Position numbers and translations under genes: made by a program
Notes under the pieces: generated by a model
The model's database searches: none
What the model saw: only the letters and a program-made list of their open reading frames with translations
Told to the model about the DNA's origin: nothing
Origin: Candidatus Saccharimonadia bacterium
GTDB taxonomy: Bacteria > Patescibacteriota > Saccharimonadia > UBA4664 > SCTI01
Reading direction: 5' to 3'
DNA length: 64,000 bases
Assembly: GCA_046597065.1 (NCBI GenBank)
Contig: JBKJLI010000002.1
Coordinates: 180,071 to 244,070 of the forward strand
In this document: positions 19,584 to 29,715 of the stretch, one piece after another
Position numbering within the stretch: the first letter of the stretch is position 1
How the letters are laid out: every line of letters begins with the position of its first letter

Positions 19584-19615
19584 GCAACACGGCCACTCGG
19601 CCGTGTTTGCTTTTT
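19584..19615 (+). terminator. Rho-independent terminator
   Basis: AACACGGCC-ACTC-GGCCGTGTT followed by TGCTTTTT. Confidence 0.85.
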
Positions 19616-19641
19616 GATCGGTTAGGTCAAATAATGATGAC

Positions 19642-20868
19642 ATGAGCTTGTTTGATCAAACCCGCCGGCCTCTTGCCGACCGTATGCGCCCCCGGTCGCT
19701 TGATATGGTGGTGGGCCAGGATCACCTGGTCGGGCCGGGCCAGTTTATACGTGGACTGATCGAATCCAGAGAGCCGGTATCTATTATCCTTTGGGGTCCA
19801 CCAGGTAGTGGTAAAACCACCTTAGCGCGCATTATTGCTACCAGCGGCGACCATGCTTTCGAAGAGCTTTCGGCAGTCACCTCGGGTCTGCCAGAAGTAC
19901 GTAAGGTTATTGATGCAGCTAAGCAGCGGCGAGATCTTGGTCAAACTACCGTCTTATTTGTCGATGAAATCCATCGATTTAATAAGGCACAGCAAGACGC
20001 TTTTTTACCGCATGTAGAAAACGGCACTATTATTTTATTAGGCGCTACTACAGAGAACCCATCATTTGAGGTTATTTCTCCTTTGCTCTCAAGAAGTCGG
20101 GTTGTTACATTAAACGCACTTGCCCCAAAACAGCTAGAAGGTCTAATCGACCGTGCTCTGCCGCAGATTGGTAAGGTCTCAATCGAACCAAGCGCTCGTA
20201 AACTGTTAGCCGAGTTAGCGGCCGGAGATGCTCGGGTGGCACTAGGAGGCCTAGAAGCTGCTGCCCGCATGGGGCCAAAGATCACGGCAACCGCTGTGAA
20301 GCAAGCCATGCAAAAGACCAGTTTGCGTTACGATAAAGGTGGCGAATACCATTTCAACTTAATATCGGCCTTTATTAAGTCACTTCGTGGCGGCGCAGTT
20401 GACGCAGCGCTATTTTATTTAGCCCGAATGCTTGATGCCGGTGAAGACCCTAAGTTTATTGCTCGTCGCTTAGTGATATTTGCGGCCGAAGATATAGGCT
20501 TAGCTGACACAAGCTTACTAACTCTTTCCACCAGTACATTTATGGCAATTGAGCGCATTGGGATGCCAGAGGGGCGGATTATTCTTTCTGAGGCTACCAT
20601 AGCCTTAGCAACCGCTCCCAAAAACCGAGATGCTTACGATGCAATTTCGGCTGCCGGCCAAGCGGTTAAGCAATATCCTGCGGCCGAACCACCTTTGCAT
20701 TTGCGCAATGCTCCTACCGGCTTAATGAAAGAGCTAGGGTACGGCAAGGGCACCAAGTGGAAGCCTGGTTTTGAGCACCCAGATGGATTTATGCCAGAAG
20801 GCATGGAAGACGTTAAACTGTATCGTCCCAAAAATTACGATGATCAATCCAATGCTAGTAAAGCGTAA
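19642..20868 (+). CDS. rarA: Replication-associated recombination protein A (RarA/MgsA)
   Basis: PLADRMRP, WGPPGSGKTT, DEIHRFNKAQQD, GATTENP, ISAFIKS.RG, PLHLRNAPT. Confidence 0.96.
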   Translation: MSLFDQTRRPLADRMRPRSLDMVVGQDHLVGPGQFIRGLIESREPVSIILWGPPGSGKTTLARIIATSGDHAFEELSAVTSGLPEVRKVIDAAKQRRDLGQTTVLFVDEIHRFNKAQQDAFLPHVENGTIILLGATTENPSFEVISPLLSRSRVVTLNALAPKQLEGLIDRALPQIGKVSIEPSARKLLAELAAGDARVALGGLEAAARMGPKITATAVKQAMQKTSLRYDKGGEYHFNLISAFIKSLRGGAVDAALFYLARMLDAGEDPKFIARRLVIFAAEDIGLADTSLLTLSTSTFMAIERIGMPEGRIILSEATIALATAPKNRDAYDAISAAGQAVKQYPAAEPPLHLRNAPTGLMKELGYGKGTKWKPGFEHPDGFMPEGMEDVKLYRPKNYDDQSNASKA

Positions 20869-20891
20869 GCATAATAGGTTAAACTATAGGC

Positions 20892-21137
20892 ATGGCATCA
20901 TCAACCAATCAAACCGAGTATGACAGCGTATATTTTTTAAAAATTCTGCTTTTTTTAGTACTATCGAGTACCTGGGTTGCCTTTAACGGGCATAAATATT
21001 TACCGGCAGGCTTAATTGCTGGCTTAATATTGGTACAACGGGAACGATTTCAGATAGATCGCAAGATAGAATACGCAATCATGCTAATTGGCGCGGTATT
21101 GGGGCTAGTAGGCATTGGAGTAACTTTTAGCTTTTAG
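20892..21137 (+). CDS. Small hypothetical membrane protein
   Basis: 81 aa, about 3 TM segments, DSVYFLK and FQIDRKIEYA; TAAACT box 6 nt before the ATG. Confidence 0.75.
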   Translation: MASSTNQTEYDSVYFLKILLFLVLSSTWVAFNGHKYLPAGLIAGLILVQRERFQIDRKIEYAIMLIGAVLGLVGIGVTFSF

Positions 21138-21147
21138 TCCCAATCTG

Positions 21148-21177
21148 TTGACACGCCTCGGTTATTCCTGATATAGT
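21148..21177 (+). promoter_or_regulatory. Promoter of the rplC-led ribosomal operon
   Basis: TTGACA-18-TATAGT with extended TGn. Confidence 0.75.
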
Positions 21178-21183
21178 TACCCG

Positions 21184-21297
21184 GTAACTTTTGGCAGTTT
21201 ATATAGCCAGCAAACTAGGAGTTGTACAGGTCTCCCGGCTCGCGCCCTCGGAGAAACCGGACGGAACCTAGAATTATTTTTTGTTTAGGGAGCGTAC
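21184..21297 (+). ncRNA. Structured leader of rplC (candidate r-protein autoregulatory element)
   Basis: TTTTGGC/GCCAGCAAAA, CTAGG/CCTAG enclosing TCTCC/GGAGA. Confidence 0.4.
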
Positions 21298-21921
21298 GTG
21301 AAAGCCTTACTTGGCCGAAAACTTGGAATGACACAGCTGTTCGATGAGAACGGTAATGTTTCGCGTGTCACCATTTTAGAGGCTGGCCCTTGTGTTATCA
21401 CGCAGGTTAAAACCGAGGTTAACGATGGTTATGAAGCGGTCCAGATAGGCTTTGGTGCCGCTAAGAACCCGGCTAAGCCACAGGTTGGACACTCTAGCAT
21501 TGATGGCGTAACCCCAAAGCTTTTGCGCGAACTACGAACCGAAGCGGTTGCGGCCGATGATGATTCGGCCATGAAGGTCGGCGATAAGCTAGATGTCTCA
21601 AATTTTGAGGTTGGCGATAAGATACAGGTATCAGGGATAAGTAAGGGCAAGGGCTTTGCCGGTACGGTTAAGCGCCATAACTTTAATACCGGCCCCAAAA
21701 CTCATGGATCTCACAACTACCGCCAACCTGGTTCAATTGGGTCAGCCTATCCACAGCACGTGTTTAAGGGCATGAAAATGGCAGGCCGAATGGGTGGCGA
21801 CAAAGTCACAGTTCGAGGTCTTAAAGTTGTACTAATCGATGCCGAAAAAAACCTATTAGCCGTCAGTGGCGCTGTGCCCGGTCCACGCAAAGGCATGGTA
21901 ATGATTCAGGGAGCCAAATAA
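21298..21921 (+). CDS. rplC: 50S ribosomal protein L3
   Basis: GRKLGMTQ, SKGKGFAG.VKRH, GAVPG. Confidence 0.99.
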   Translation: MKALLGRKLGMTQLFDENGNVSRVTILEAGPCVITQVKTEVNDGYEAVQIGFGAAKNPAKPQVGHSSIDGVTPKLLRELRTEAVAADDDSAMKVGDKLDVSNFEVGDKIQVSGISKGKGFAGTVKRHNFNTGPKTHGSHNYRQPGSIGSAYPQHVFKGMKMAGRMGGDKVTVRGLKVVLIDAEKNLLAVSGAVPGPRKGMVMIQGAK

Positions 21922-22559
21922 TGGCACAGGCTGTTGCTTATTCTAAAACTGGCGCCAAACAAGTGGCGGCCGTAAAGTTAAGTCCATGGGTGTTTTCCAT
22001 CGAGGCTAACCACGATTTAGTCAATCGGGCCTATACTGCATATCTAGCAAATGGACGCACCAATAACGCCAAAACACTTGAACGCGGCGAGGTGCGTGGT
22101 GGTGGTAAAAAGCCATGGAAGCAAAAAGGCACCGGCCGAGCTCGCGCTGGTGGCACGCGTATGCCCCACTGGCGCGGCGGTGGTGTGGCTTTTGGCCCTA
22201 CCGGCAAAGAAAATTTCTCCGTAGCAATGCCTTTAAAAGCTAAGCGGGTAGCTATTCGCCAAGCATTAAGCTTGCAAGCTGCTGATAAGCGTATTCTAGT
22301 GATTGACGAGTTTGTCGCTACTGAAGGTCGCGTGGCTCCTACCCTTAAGCTAATCGAAAAGATGAAGCTTGAGGGTAATATTTTGATTGTGGTAGAGCAG
22401 AAAAACGCTTTGATTGATCGAGCTACTCGGAATATTCCGGCAGTTAAAGCGGTATCAGCTAAGTACTTAAATGTTTATGAAATTATGAATGCCGACAATA
22501 TTGTCGTTACAAAGAAAGCCCTCGACGTTATTGGCGAATGGCTAGAGGCAACAGTATGA
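21921..22559 (+). CDS. rplD: 50S ribosomal protein L4
   Basis: EVRGGGKKPWKQKGTGRARAG, WRGGGVAFGP. Confidence 0.99.
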   Translation: MAQAVAYSKTGAKQVAAVKLSPWVFSIEANHDLVNRAYTAYLANGRTNNAKTLERGEVRGGGKKPWKQKGTGRARAGGTRMPHWRGGGVAFGPTGKENFSVAMPLKAKRVAIRQALSLQAADKRILVIDEFVATEGRVAPTLKLIEKMKLEGNILIVVEQKNALIDRATRNIPAVKAVSAKYLNVYEIMNADNIVVTKKALDVIGEWLEATV

Positions 22560-22846
22560 CCACTATGCCTCTAATCCCTCGTGTTAGCGAAAAGGCTATG
22601 GCTCTGTCTGATAAAGGCACCTATGTGTTTGAGGTGCCGATTAGTACCAATAAAATTGAGGTCACAAAGGCTGTTGAAACTGCCTTTAAGGTTAAAGTAG
22701 CCTCGGTAAACATGATGATCCATAAGGGTAAGCCAACCAGTAAACGTTACGGTAAAGGTGCAGGCCACAGAACAGATCTAAAGAAGGCTTTTGTGACTTT
22801 AAAGGCCGGTGACAAAATTGCCTTGTTTGAAGAGGGGAGCAAGTAA
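22556..22846 (+). CDS. rplW: 50S ribosomal protein L23
   Basis: P.VSEKA, NKIEV..AVE..FKVKV, KKAFVTL; ATG overlaps the rplD stop. Confidence 0.97.
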   Translation: MTTMPLIPRVSEKAMALSDKGTYVFEVPISTNKIEVTKAVETAFKVKVASVNMMIHKGKPTSKRYGKGAGHRTDLKKAFVTLKAGDKIALFEEGSK

Positions 22847-23685
22847 TGGCAGTTAGACTTTACAAGCCAACCACTCCAGCTCGGCGCGGCATGACCACGG
22901 CCGATACCTCGGCGATAACTAAAAAGAAGCCAGAAAAGTCGCTTTTGGTTGCCAAAAAGGTTGGTAGTGGTCGCAACAATCAGGGCAAGATAACTATTCG
23001 TCACCGTGGCGGCGGGGTTAAGCGCCATTATCGATTGGTTGATTTCCGTTTGATACAGGGATTTAAGGGCACCGTCACCGCGATTGAGTTTGATCCTAAC
23101 CGTAGCGCCAACATCGCGCTGGTGGAGCTTGAAGCTGGTAAAAAAGCCTACATTATTGCCGGCAGCGGGATGGGCGTGGGTCAGGTTATCGAAAGTGGCA
23201 GTGAGGTTGAGATCCGCAAGGGAAACCGGCTGCCACTTGCTAACATTCCGGTTGGTACCCAGATTTATAATATAGAGCTGGTGTTGGGCAAGGGTGGACA
23301 GATTGCCCGAAGTGCCGGATCAAAGGCCCAACTGGTTGCTAAAGAAGGTGAGTTCTGCCAGGTACGTTTGCCCAGTGGTGAGGTGCGTTTGGTAAACCAA
23401 AACTGCATGGCCACAATCGGTGTGGTCGGTAACGAAGCCCACCAAAACATTAAGTATGGTAGTGCCGGCCGCCGCCGCCGCCTAGGATGGCGCCCAGCCG
23501 TTCGCGGTAAGGCCATGAACCCGGTGGATCACCCCCATGGTGGTGGTGAGGGTGCTACTAGTACAGCGCTGCGCGTAGGTCAGAAAACCCCTTGGGGCAA
23601 GCCGGCTTTGGGCCTTAAAACTCGGCGCCGTAAATTAACCGATGCCATGATTGTACGTGGCCGTAAGAAGGCAAGGAGACGCTAA
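22846..23685 (+). CDS. rplB: 50S ribosomal protein L2
   Basis: [29 protein letters not shown]. Confidence 0.99.
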   Translation: MAVRLYKPTTPARRGMTTADTSAITKKKPEKSLLVAKKVGSGRNNQGKITIRHRGGGVKRHYRLVDFRLIQGFKGTVTAIEFDPNRSANIALVELEAGKKAYIIAGSGMGVGQVIESGSEVEIRKGNRLPLANIPVGTQIYNIELVLGKGGQIARSAGSKAQLVAKEGEFCQVRLPSGEVRLVNQNCMATIGVVGNEAHQNIKYGSAGRRRRLGWRPAVRGKAMNPVDHPHGGGEGATSTALRVGQKTPWGKPALGLKTRRRKLTDAMIVRGRKKARRR

Positions 23686-23686
23686 G

Positions 23687-23962
23687 ATGAGCCGTTCACT
23701 TAAAAAAGGTCCTTACACCGACGAGAAGTTGATGAAAAAGGTAGCTAATCTTGGTCCAAATGATAAAACCGTGATAAAGACATGGGCTCGTGCTAGCACC
23801 ATTACTCCAGAGATGGTGGGAATGACGATTGCGGTGCATAACGGCCGTCAACATCTGCCGGTCTTTATTAGCGAAAACATGGTTGGTCATAAACTGGGTG
23901 AGTTTTCGCCCACCCGTAAATTCCGGGGTCACGGCGGTAAACTCGCAAAGGGCAAAAAATAA
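23687..23962 (+). CDS. rpsS: 30S ribosomal protein S19
   Basis: [22 protein letters not shown]; AGGAG SD before ATG 23687. Confidence 0.99.
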   Translation: MSRSLKKGPYTDEKLMKKVANLGPNDKTVIKTWARASTITPEMVGMTIAVHNGRQHLPVFISENMVGHKLGEFSPTRKFRGHGGKLAKGKK

Positions 23963-24405
23963 TGCAAGTTAAAGCCACAGCCAAATTTGTTGGAACTTCG
24001 TCACGAAAAATTGGCTTGGTTGCGGCGTTGATTCGTGGCCGACGCGCTCAAGATGCGGTGGTTGTTTTGCAAAACACCCCCAAGCGCGCAACCGAACCAG
24101 TTGGAAAGGTTTTAAACTCCGCCATTGCTAATGCCGAAAACAATCACAAGCTTAAGGCTAATACTTTGATGGTGGAATCTGTATTGGTTGGTCCCGGACC
24201 TAGCTTAAAACGTTTTCGACCTCGAGCCCAAGGTCGGGCCGGTACAATTTTAAAGCGTAGTAGCCACATTACCGTTGTGCTTTCAGAAGCCCCGGTTAAG
24301 CCTATTAAAGCGACAAAAACCGAAGTAGCTGCGGATCAGACTTTAGCCGAAGTGGCAAAGCCGGCCGCAACCGCGAAACCTAAGACCGTTAAGGAGGCCA
24401 AGTAA
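23962..24405 (+). CDS. rplV: 50S ribosomal protein L22 with C-terminal extension
   Basis: SAIANAENN, KRFRPRAQGRA, SHITV. Confidence 0.98.
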   Translation: MQVKATAKFVGTSSRKIGLVAALIRGRRAQDAVVVLQNTPKRATEPVGKVLNSAIANAENNHKLKANTLMVESVLVGPGPSLKRFRPRAQGRAGTILKRSSHITVVLSEAPVKPIKATKTEVAADQTLAEVAKPAATAKPKTVKEAK

Positions 24406-25031
24406 TGGGACAGAAAGTAAATCCGCGTAGCCTACGCCTCCAGCTGGATAAAGATTGGCAGTCGAAGTGGTTTGCTGATAAGGATTATGCTACTCAGTTA
24501 ATCCAAGATGTAAAGTTACGTCGAGCAACCGAAGCTAAGCTGACTCGTCGTGCCAGTGTTTCACGAATTGATATTGAGCGTTCTCCAAGCCTAATTACGG
24601 TAACCATTTATACCGCAAAACCAGGCGTAGTAATTGGACGTGGTGGAAGTGGTGCCGAAGATTTGCGCCAGATGCTCCATAAAATGACTAACAGCCCGGT
24701 TAAGGTCAGTATCGAAGAGATTAAGCGTCCCGAAACCAACGCTAAGTTGGTGGCCGAAAACATTGCCAGTCAGCTGGAACGGCGTATTTCTTTCCGTCGA
24801 GCTATGAAAATGGCCGCCGAAAACGCGGTTAAGTCGGGCGCTCTGGGAGCTAAAATACGGGTTGCCGGGCGCCTTAATGGCGCAGAAATGGGCCGCATAG
24901 AAACCGTTGCAAACGGCTCGATCCCGCTTCACACCTTGCGTGCCGACATTGATTATGGCCATGCCCAAGCCAAAACCACTTACGGCATCATCGGCGTAAA
25001 GGCCTGGGTTTATAAAGGCAACAAGTTTTAG
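24405..25031 (+). CDS. rpsC: 30S ribosomal protein S3
   Basis: MGQKVNP, GRLNGAEM, PLHTLRADIDY. Confidence 0.99.
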   Translation: MGQKVNPRSLRLQLDKDWQSKWFADKDYATQLIQDVKLRRATEAKLTRRASVSRIDIERSPSLITVTIYTAKPGVVIGRGGSGAEDLRQMLHKMTNSPVKVSIEEIKRPETNAKLVAENIASQLERRISFRRAMKMAAENAVKSGALGAKIRVAGRLNGAEMGRIETVANGSIPLHTLRADIDYGHAQAKTTYGIIGVKAWVYKGNKF

Positions 25032-25040
25032 GAAAATATT

Positions 25041-25472
25041 ATGTTATTACCAAAGAAAACTAAGTACCGTAAGCAGTTCAAGGGAAGGATCCCTAAGGGC
25101 TTAGCTACGCGTGGTACCGAAATCAGTTTTGGGCAGTTCGCACTAAAAGCCGACGGTACCGAGCGGATAACTTCACGCCAAATTGAGGCCGCCCGTCGGG
25201 CAATGACCCGTCACATTAAGCGGGGTGGAAAAATTTGGATTCGGATATTTCCTGATCTTCCGGTCACCAAAAAACCAGCCGAAGTGGCTATGGGAAGTGG
25301 TAAAGGTTCAATTGATCACTATGCTGCCCGCGTACGCCCTGGTCGGGTCATGTTCGAAATGGAGGGGGTTACGGAGGAAGTGGCTCGCGAGGCAATGCGC
25401 TTGGCTGGCCGCAAACTTCCAATTAAGACCAAGTTTGTCATCCGTCACACTCCTGGTGAGGTGACAGAATGA
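25041..25472 (+). CDS. rplP: 50S ribosomal protein L16
   Basis: [25 protein letters not shown]. Confidence 0.99.
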   Translation: MLLPKKTKYRKQFKGRIPKGLATRGTEISFGQFALKADGTERITSRQIEAARRAMTRHIKRGGKIWIRIFPDLPVTKKPAEVAMGSGKGSIDHYAARVRPGRVMFEMEGVTEEVAREAMRLAGRKLPIKTKFVIRHTPGEVTE

Positions 25473-25690
25473 AGTTAGCCGATATCAACACTAAGAACGA
25501 AAAAGAGCTAGACACAGCTTTAAACGAAGCTCGCCAGCAGTTGGCTCAGGCACGTGTTGATATGCGTACCAAGCAAGTCAAGAATGTTAAAGCAATTAAG
25601 GCGCTGCGACTCGATGTTGCCCGGATCTTAACCATCCAGAACCGTCGACAAGAAGCCGCCGCCGTCCAAAAGGAGGACAACCATGGCTAG
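25469..25690 (+). CDS. rpmC: 50S ribosomal protein L29
   Basis: Position between rplP and rpsQ; [10 protein letters not shown]. Confidence 0.93.
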   Translation: MKLADINTKNEKELDTALNEARQQLAQARVDMRTKQVKNVKAIKALRLDVARILTIQNRRQEAAAVQKEDNHG

Positions 25691-25934
25691 AACACTACGA
25701 GGCACCGTGTCCTCCAATAAAATGGACAAAACCGTCGTCGTCACCGTCGAACGAGTAAAAGAACACCCAATTTATCGCAAAAAGTATAAGGTTACAACCA
25801 AGTTTAAAGCCCACGATGCCGATAACGCATGTCAAATGGGTGACCTGGTTGAAATAACTGAAAGCCGCCCGATTAGTCGCGACAAGCATTGGATTGTTAG
25901 CCAGCGAATTGAAATTAAGGAGCCGGTAGCATGA
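25683..25934 (+). CDS. rpsQ: 30S ribosomal protein S17
   Basis: [24 protein letters not shown]. Confidence 0.98.
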   Translation: MARTLRGTVSSNKMDKTVVVTVERVKEHPIYRKKYKVTTKFKAHDADNACQMGDLVEITESRPISRDKHWIVSQRIEIKEPVA

Positions 25935-26299
25935 TTCAAGCTGAAAGCCGTTTAAAAGTAGCCGACAATAGTGGTGCTCGCGAGGTCCTTTGTATCAAGG
26001 TGCTTGGAGGTTCGCGTCGCCGTTATGCCCGCGTAGGCGATGTAATTACTGCCAGCGTTAAGATTGCGGCTCCCAATGGAAACGTTAAGAAAAAAGAGGT
26101 AATCCAAGCCGTAGTAGTCCGAACCGCCCAGGCTACCCGTCGCGCAGACGGATCGCAAATTCGTTTTGATGATAACGCCGTAGTTGTAATTGATAAAAAC
26201 AAGCAGCCACGAGCTACGCGCGTGTTTGGCCCAATTGCTCGTGAACTTCGCGAAGCTGGTTACATGAAGATTATTTCACTCGCTCCGGAGGTGCTGTAA
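25931..26299 (+). CDS. rplN: 50S ribosomal protein L14
   Basis: [20 protein letters not shown]. Confidence 0.99.
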   Translation: MIQAESRLKVADNSGAREVLCIKVLGGSRRRYARVGDVITASVKIAAPNGNVKKKEVIQAVVVRTAQATRRADGSQIRFDDNAVVVIDKNKQPRATRVFGPIARELREAGYMKIISLAPEVL

Positions 26300-26619
26300 T
26301 GAGACTACGCAAAGGAGACGAGGTTGTAGTGATCGCTGGCCGTGATAAGGGTAAGACTGGGACTATAAGCCGTGTAATGCCCAAAGACAACAAGGTTGTA
26401 GCTGAGGGTTTAAACGTGGCTAAACGCCACACTAAGCCATCTGATAAACACCCTCGCGGCGGCATATTAGAGCTAAATCGACCAATTGATGTATCTAAAG
26501 TGATGGTTGTTGATCCCGTGACCAAACAACCTAGCCGAATAGGCACCCGTATAAATAAAGATGGCACAAAGGAACGCGAATTTAAGCCATCGCGATATCA
26601 GAAAGTAAAGAAGAGTTAA
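26299..26619 (+). CDS. rplX: 50S ribosomal protein L24
   Basis: KGDEVVVIAGRDKGKTG. Confidence 0.98.
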   Translation: MRLRKGDEVVVIAGRDKGKTGTISRVMPKDNKVVAEGLNVAKRHTKPSDKHPRGGILELNRPIDVSKVMVVDPVTKQPSRIGTRINKDGTKEREFKPSRYQKVKKS

Positions 26620-26621
26620 TT

Positions 26622-27167
26622 ATGAACCGTTTACGCACCAAATATCAGCAAGAGATTAAGCTACAACTGCAAAAAGAGTTGGGTTATTCAAACGTGCATC
26701 AGATACCACAAATCGAAAAAGTGGTAGTTAATGCCGGCGTTGGTCGCGCCGTTGCCGACAGCAAGCATTTAGAGACTGTGGTTCATACTTTGACCAAGAT
26801 AACCGGCCAAGCTCCGGTACAGACGGTCGCCAAAAATTCGATTGCCGGTTTTAAGCTACGTGATGGCAATAAAATTGGAGTCATGGTGACTCTGCGCGGA
26901 GAACGCATGTATGAGTTTCTTGACCGCCTGGTTTCAATCGTACTTCCTCGTATCCGCGACTTTCGGGGAATATCGGTAACCGCTTTTGACGCCAAGGGTA
27001 ACTACAGCATTGGTGTTCGTGAACAATCAATTTTTCCGGAAATTACTTACGAAGAATCGGCAAATGCCCATGGGCTACAAATAAACATCGTGACATCGGC
27101 CAAAACCCCAGCCGAGAGCCAGCGAATGTTACAACTAATGGGGTTCCCGTTTAGGAGGAAAAGCTAA
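26622..27167 (+). CDS. rplE: 50S ribosomal protein L5
   Basis: [29 protein letters not shown]. Confidence 0.99.
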   Translation: MNRLRTKYQQEIKLQLQKELGYSNVHQIPQIEKVVVNAGVGRAVADSKHLETVVHTLTKITGQAPVQTVAKNSIAGFKLRDGNKIGVMVTLRGERMYEFLDRLVSIVLPRIRDFRGISVTAFDAKGNYSIGVREQSIFPEITYEESANAHGLQINIVTSAKTPAESQRMLQLMGFPFRRKS

Positions 27168-27352
27168 TGGCGCGCACCGCTTTAATCGTTAGAGCCAACC
27201 AAAAGCCCAAGTATTCGACTCGGGCCGTTAACCGCTGCAAACTTTGCGGCCGCCCTCGTGGATACATTCGCAAGTTCGGCATGTGCCGTATTTGTTTCAG
27301 AGAACATGCTAGTCGTGGTCAGGTACCGGGCGTAACGAAAGCTAGTTGGTAG
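27167..27352 (+). CDS. rpsN: 30S ribosomal protein S14, Zn-binding type Z
   Basis: RC..CGR..CRICFRE, 61 aa. Confidence 0.98.
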   Translation: MARTALIVRANQKPKYSTRAVNRCKLCGRPRGYIRKFGMCRICFREHASRGQVPGVTKASW

Positions 27353-27361
27353 GAGAAAATC

Positions 27362-27751
27362 ATGAACGATCCAATCGCTGATATGTTAACCAGAATCCGT
27401 AATGCCGTGGCTGCCTCGCGCCGCCAGGTGGTGTTGCCGCACTCCAAAATTAAGGAGTCAATCGCCCAAATACTTAAAGACAATGGCTTTATTGCCAGTT
27501 TCCAGGTAGATACCAGTAGCCAGTTTGCCAATATTGTCATCGAGATTCACGCCGAAGATAAAGATGCCACTATCACTAACTTGCAACGCGTTTCTAAGCC
27601 GGGCCGCCGGGTCTACGCTGCCAAACAAGAGATTCCATTAATCTTAGGTGGACGTGGAATGGTAATTCTTTCGACTTCTAACGGTTTGATGACCGGCCGT
27701 GATGCCCGCCAAAAGGGTTTGGGCGGCGAACTATTAATGAAGGTATGGTAA
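27362..27751 (+). CDS. rpsH: 30S ribosomal protein S8
   Basis: DPIADMLTRIRNA, SKPG.RVY, GGE. Confidence 0.99.
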   Translation: MNDPIADMLTRIRNAVAASRRQVVLPHSKIKESIAQILKDNGFIASFQVDTSSQFANIVIEIHAEDKDATITNLQRVSKPGRRVYAAKQEIPLILGGRGMVILSTSNGLMTGRDARQKGLGGELLMKVW

Positions 27752-27752
27752 G

Positions 27753-28289
27753 ATGAGTCGAATCGGACGCCAACCAATAACTGTACCTACCGGGGTTAGC
27801 GTGGAGCTTACCGGTGACACCGTTAAGGCTACCGGCCCCAAAGGGAGCTTAGAAGTTAGGCTTTTGCCAGGCCTCAAAATGGAGCAAACTGATTCTGTAA
27901 TCCAGATCATTCGCGCCGACGATAATGCCGAAACTCAGCGCACTTTTGGATTAATGCGCACCTTGATTAACAACATTGTTCAAGGAGTGCATAGCGGATA
28001 TGAACGCAAGTTAGAAATAAACGGCGTTGGTTATCGTGCGAATGTTGCCGGGCGAGTTGTTAACTTTGCCCTAGGCTACTCGCATCCAATCGAGTTTGCA
28101 CTCCCAGAAGGTATCGAAGCCAAGGTCGAAAAAAACATCATCACCATTAGTGGCGCTGATAAACAGCAAGTAGGCCAAGTCGCTGCAAATATCCGATCCC
28201 TACGCAAACCGGAGCCTTACAAAGGTAAGGGCATTAAATATATTGAAGAGCGTATCCGCCGCAAAGCCGGTAAGACCGCCGCCAAATAA
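27753..28289 (+). CDS. rplF: 50S ribosomal protein L6
   Basis: MSRIGR, GVGYRA, PEPYKGKGI. Confidence 0.99.
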   Translation: MSRIGRQPITVPTGVSVELTGDTVKATGPKGSLEVRLLPGLKMEQTDSVIQIIRADDNAETQRTFGLMRTLINNIVQGVHSGYERKLEINGVGYRANVAGRVVNFALGYSHPIEFALPEGIEAKVEKNIITISGADKQQVGQVAANIRSLRKPEPYKGKGIKYIEERIRRKAGKTAAK

Positions 28290-28298
28290 GAGAATATT

Positions 28299-28649
28299 AT
28301 GAGTACCAACAAACTTACAGCTAAAGATCAAAGCCGGCGACGTACGCGGGCAAAAGTTATCGGCACTACCGAGCGCCCAAGATTAAGTGTGTTCGTTAGT
28401 AACCGTCACATTACCGCCCAAATCATCGATGACACCAAGGGCAAAACCCTTTCGTTTGTAACCACCGTTAAAAGTAGTGAAACTAAGGGAGCATTAACCG
28501 AGCGCGCTGCCTGGGTAGGTGAGCAAATTGCTGCTAGCGCCACCAAGCAAAAAATTAAAAAAGTGGTATTTGATCGCGGCACCCGTATTTACCACACTCG
28601 GTTGAATGCTTTAGCCGAAGCTGCTCGTAAGAAAGGACTGGAGTTTTAA
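28299..28649 (+). CDS. rplR: 50S ribosomal protein L18
   Basis: RPRLSVF.SN, AQIIDD, VVFDRG. Confidence 0.98.
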   Translation: MSTNKLTAKDQSRRRTRAKVIGTTERPRLSVFVSNRHITAQIIDDTKGKTLSFVTTVKSSETKGALTERAAWVGEQIAASATKQKIKKVVFDRGTRIYHTRLNALAEAARKKGLEF

Positions 28650-29221
28650 TGGCAATCCAACCACAACCAAAAGAGTTTGAAGAGAAGGTCATTTCGATTG
28701 ATCGTGTTGCTCGTGTTGTAAAGGGTGGTCGAAGGTTCCGATTTCGTGCCACCGTGGTAATCGGTGATGGCAAAGGCCGTGTTGGTCTGGGAATTGGTAA
28801 GGGGGGCGAGGTCATAACTTCAATTGCTAAAGCAGTTGCCAGAGCTCGACGTAACCTAATTTCTATACCATTAAAAAATGGCACCATACCACATGAAGTT
28901 ACTATTAAATTTTCTGGCGCTCACGTCATGCTTAAGCCCGCTTCACCAGGTACAGGTGTAATTGCCGGCGGGGCAGTCCGTAATGTGGTAGAAGTGGCCG
29001 GTATCCACGATTTGTTAACGAAATCACTTGGCTCAAGTAACAAGATCAACAATGCATACGCTACTATTTTGGCGTTATCACAAGTTAAACCGATTAGTGA
29101 TAGCCCGATTGCACGAGTGCGACCCAGCGGGAAGGTAACCGATAAGTCTGCTACAGCTGCAAAAGCCGAGCCTAAGACCGATGTTGATTCGAAAGCTAAA
29201 AAAGTAACGGCAAAGGCTTAA
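28649..29221 (+). CDS. rpsE: 30S ribosomal protein S5 with C-terminal extension
   Basis: [20 protein letters not shown]. Confidence 0.99.
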   Translation: MAIQPQPKEFEEKVISIDRVARVVKGGRRFRFRATVVIGDGKGRVGLGIGKGGEVITSIAKAVARARRNLISIPLKNGTIPHEVTIKFSGAHVMLKPASPGTGVIAGGAVRNVVEVAGIHDLLTKSLGSSNKINNAYATILALSQVKPISDSPIARVRPSGKVTDKSATAAKAEPKTDVDSKAKKVTAKA

Positions 29222-29223
29222 AC

Positions 29224-29706
29224 ATGAAGATTCATGAACTAAAATTAGAAACTAAACAAAACCGTAAACGCCTTGGGCGTGGTATTGGATCTGGCACGGG
29301 TAAAACCTCTGGTCGTGGTACCAAGGGTCAAAACTCGCGCAGTGGTGGTGGAGTTCGGCCCGGTTTTGAGGGCGGCCAAAACCCATTAGCTAAACGTTTA
29401 CCCAAGTTGCGTGGATTTCGTGCCCTTAACCCAACTAACTATGTTGGGCTAACTCTTGGTCGACTTGAGCAACTCAAAGGCGCGACTGTAACTAACCAGA
29501 GCTTGGTAGAGCAGGGAATCATACGATCTGAGCACACAGCTGTTAAAATTTTAGCCAGTGGCACGCTTACTAAAAAACTGACCATAAAACTACAGGCAGC
29601 CACCGCTGGTGCCCAAACAGCTATCACCAAAGCCGGAGGTAGCTTTACCACAACACCGGTTAAGAAAAGCCCTAAAAAACCATCCAAACGTAACCGAAAG
29701 GTCTAG
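29224..29706 (+). CDS. rplO: 50S ribosomal protein L15
   Basis: GRGIGSG.GKTSGRG.KGQ, GFEGGQ.P. Confidence 0.99.
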   Translation: MKIHELKLETKQNRKRLGRGIGSGTGKTSGRGTKGQNSRSGGGVRPGFEGGQNPLAKRLPKLRGFRALNPTNYVGLTLGRLEQLKGATVTNQSLVEQGIIRSEHTAVKILASGTLTKKLTIKLQAATAGAQTAITKAGGSFTTTPVKKSPKKPSKRNRKV

Positions 29707-29715
29707 ACCTCCCGC

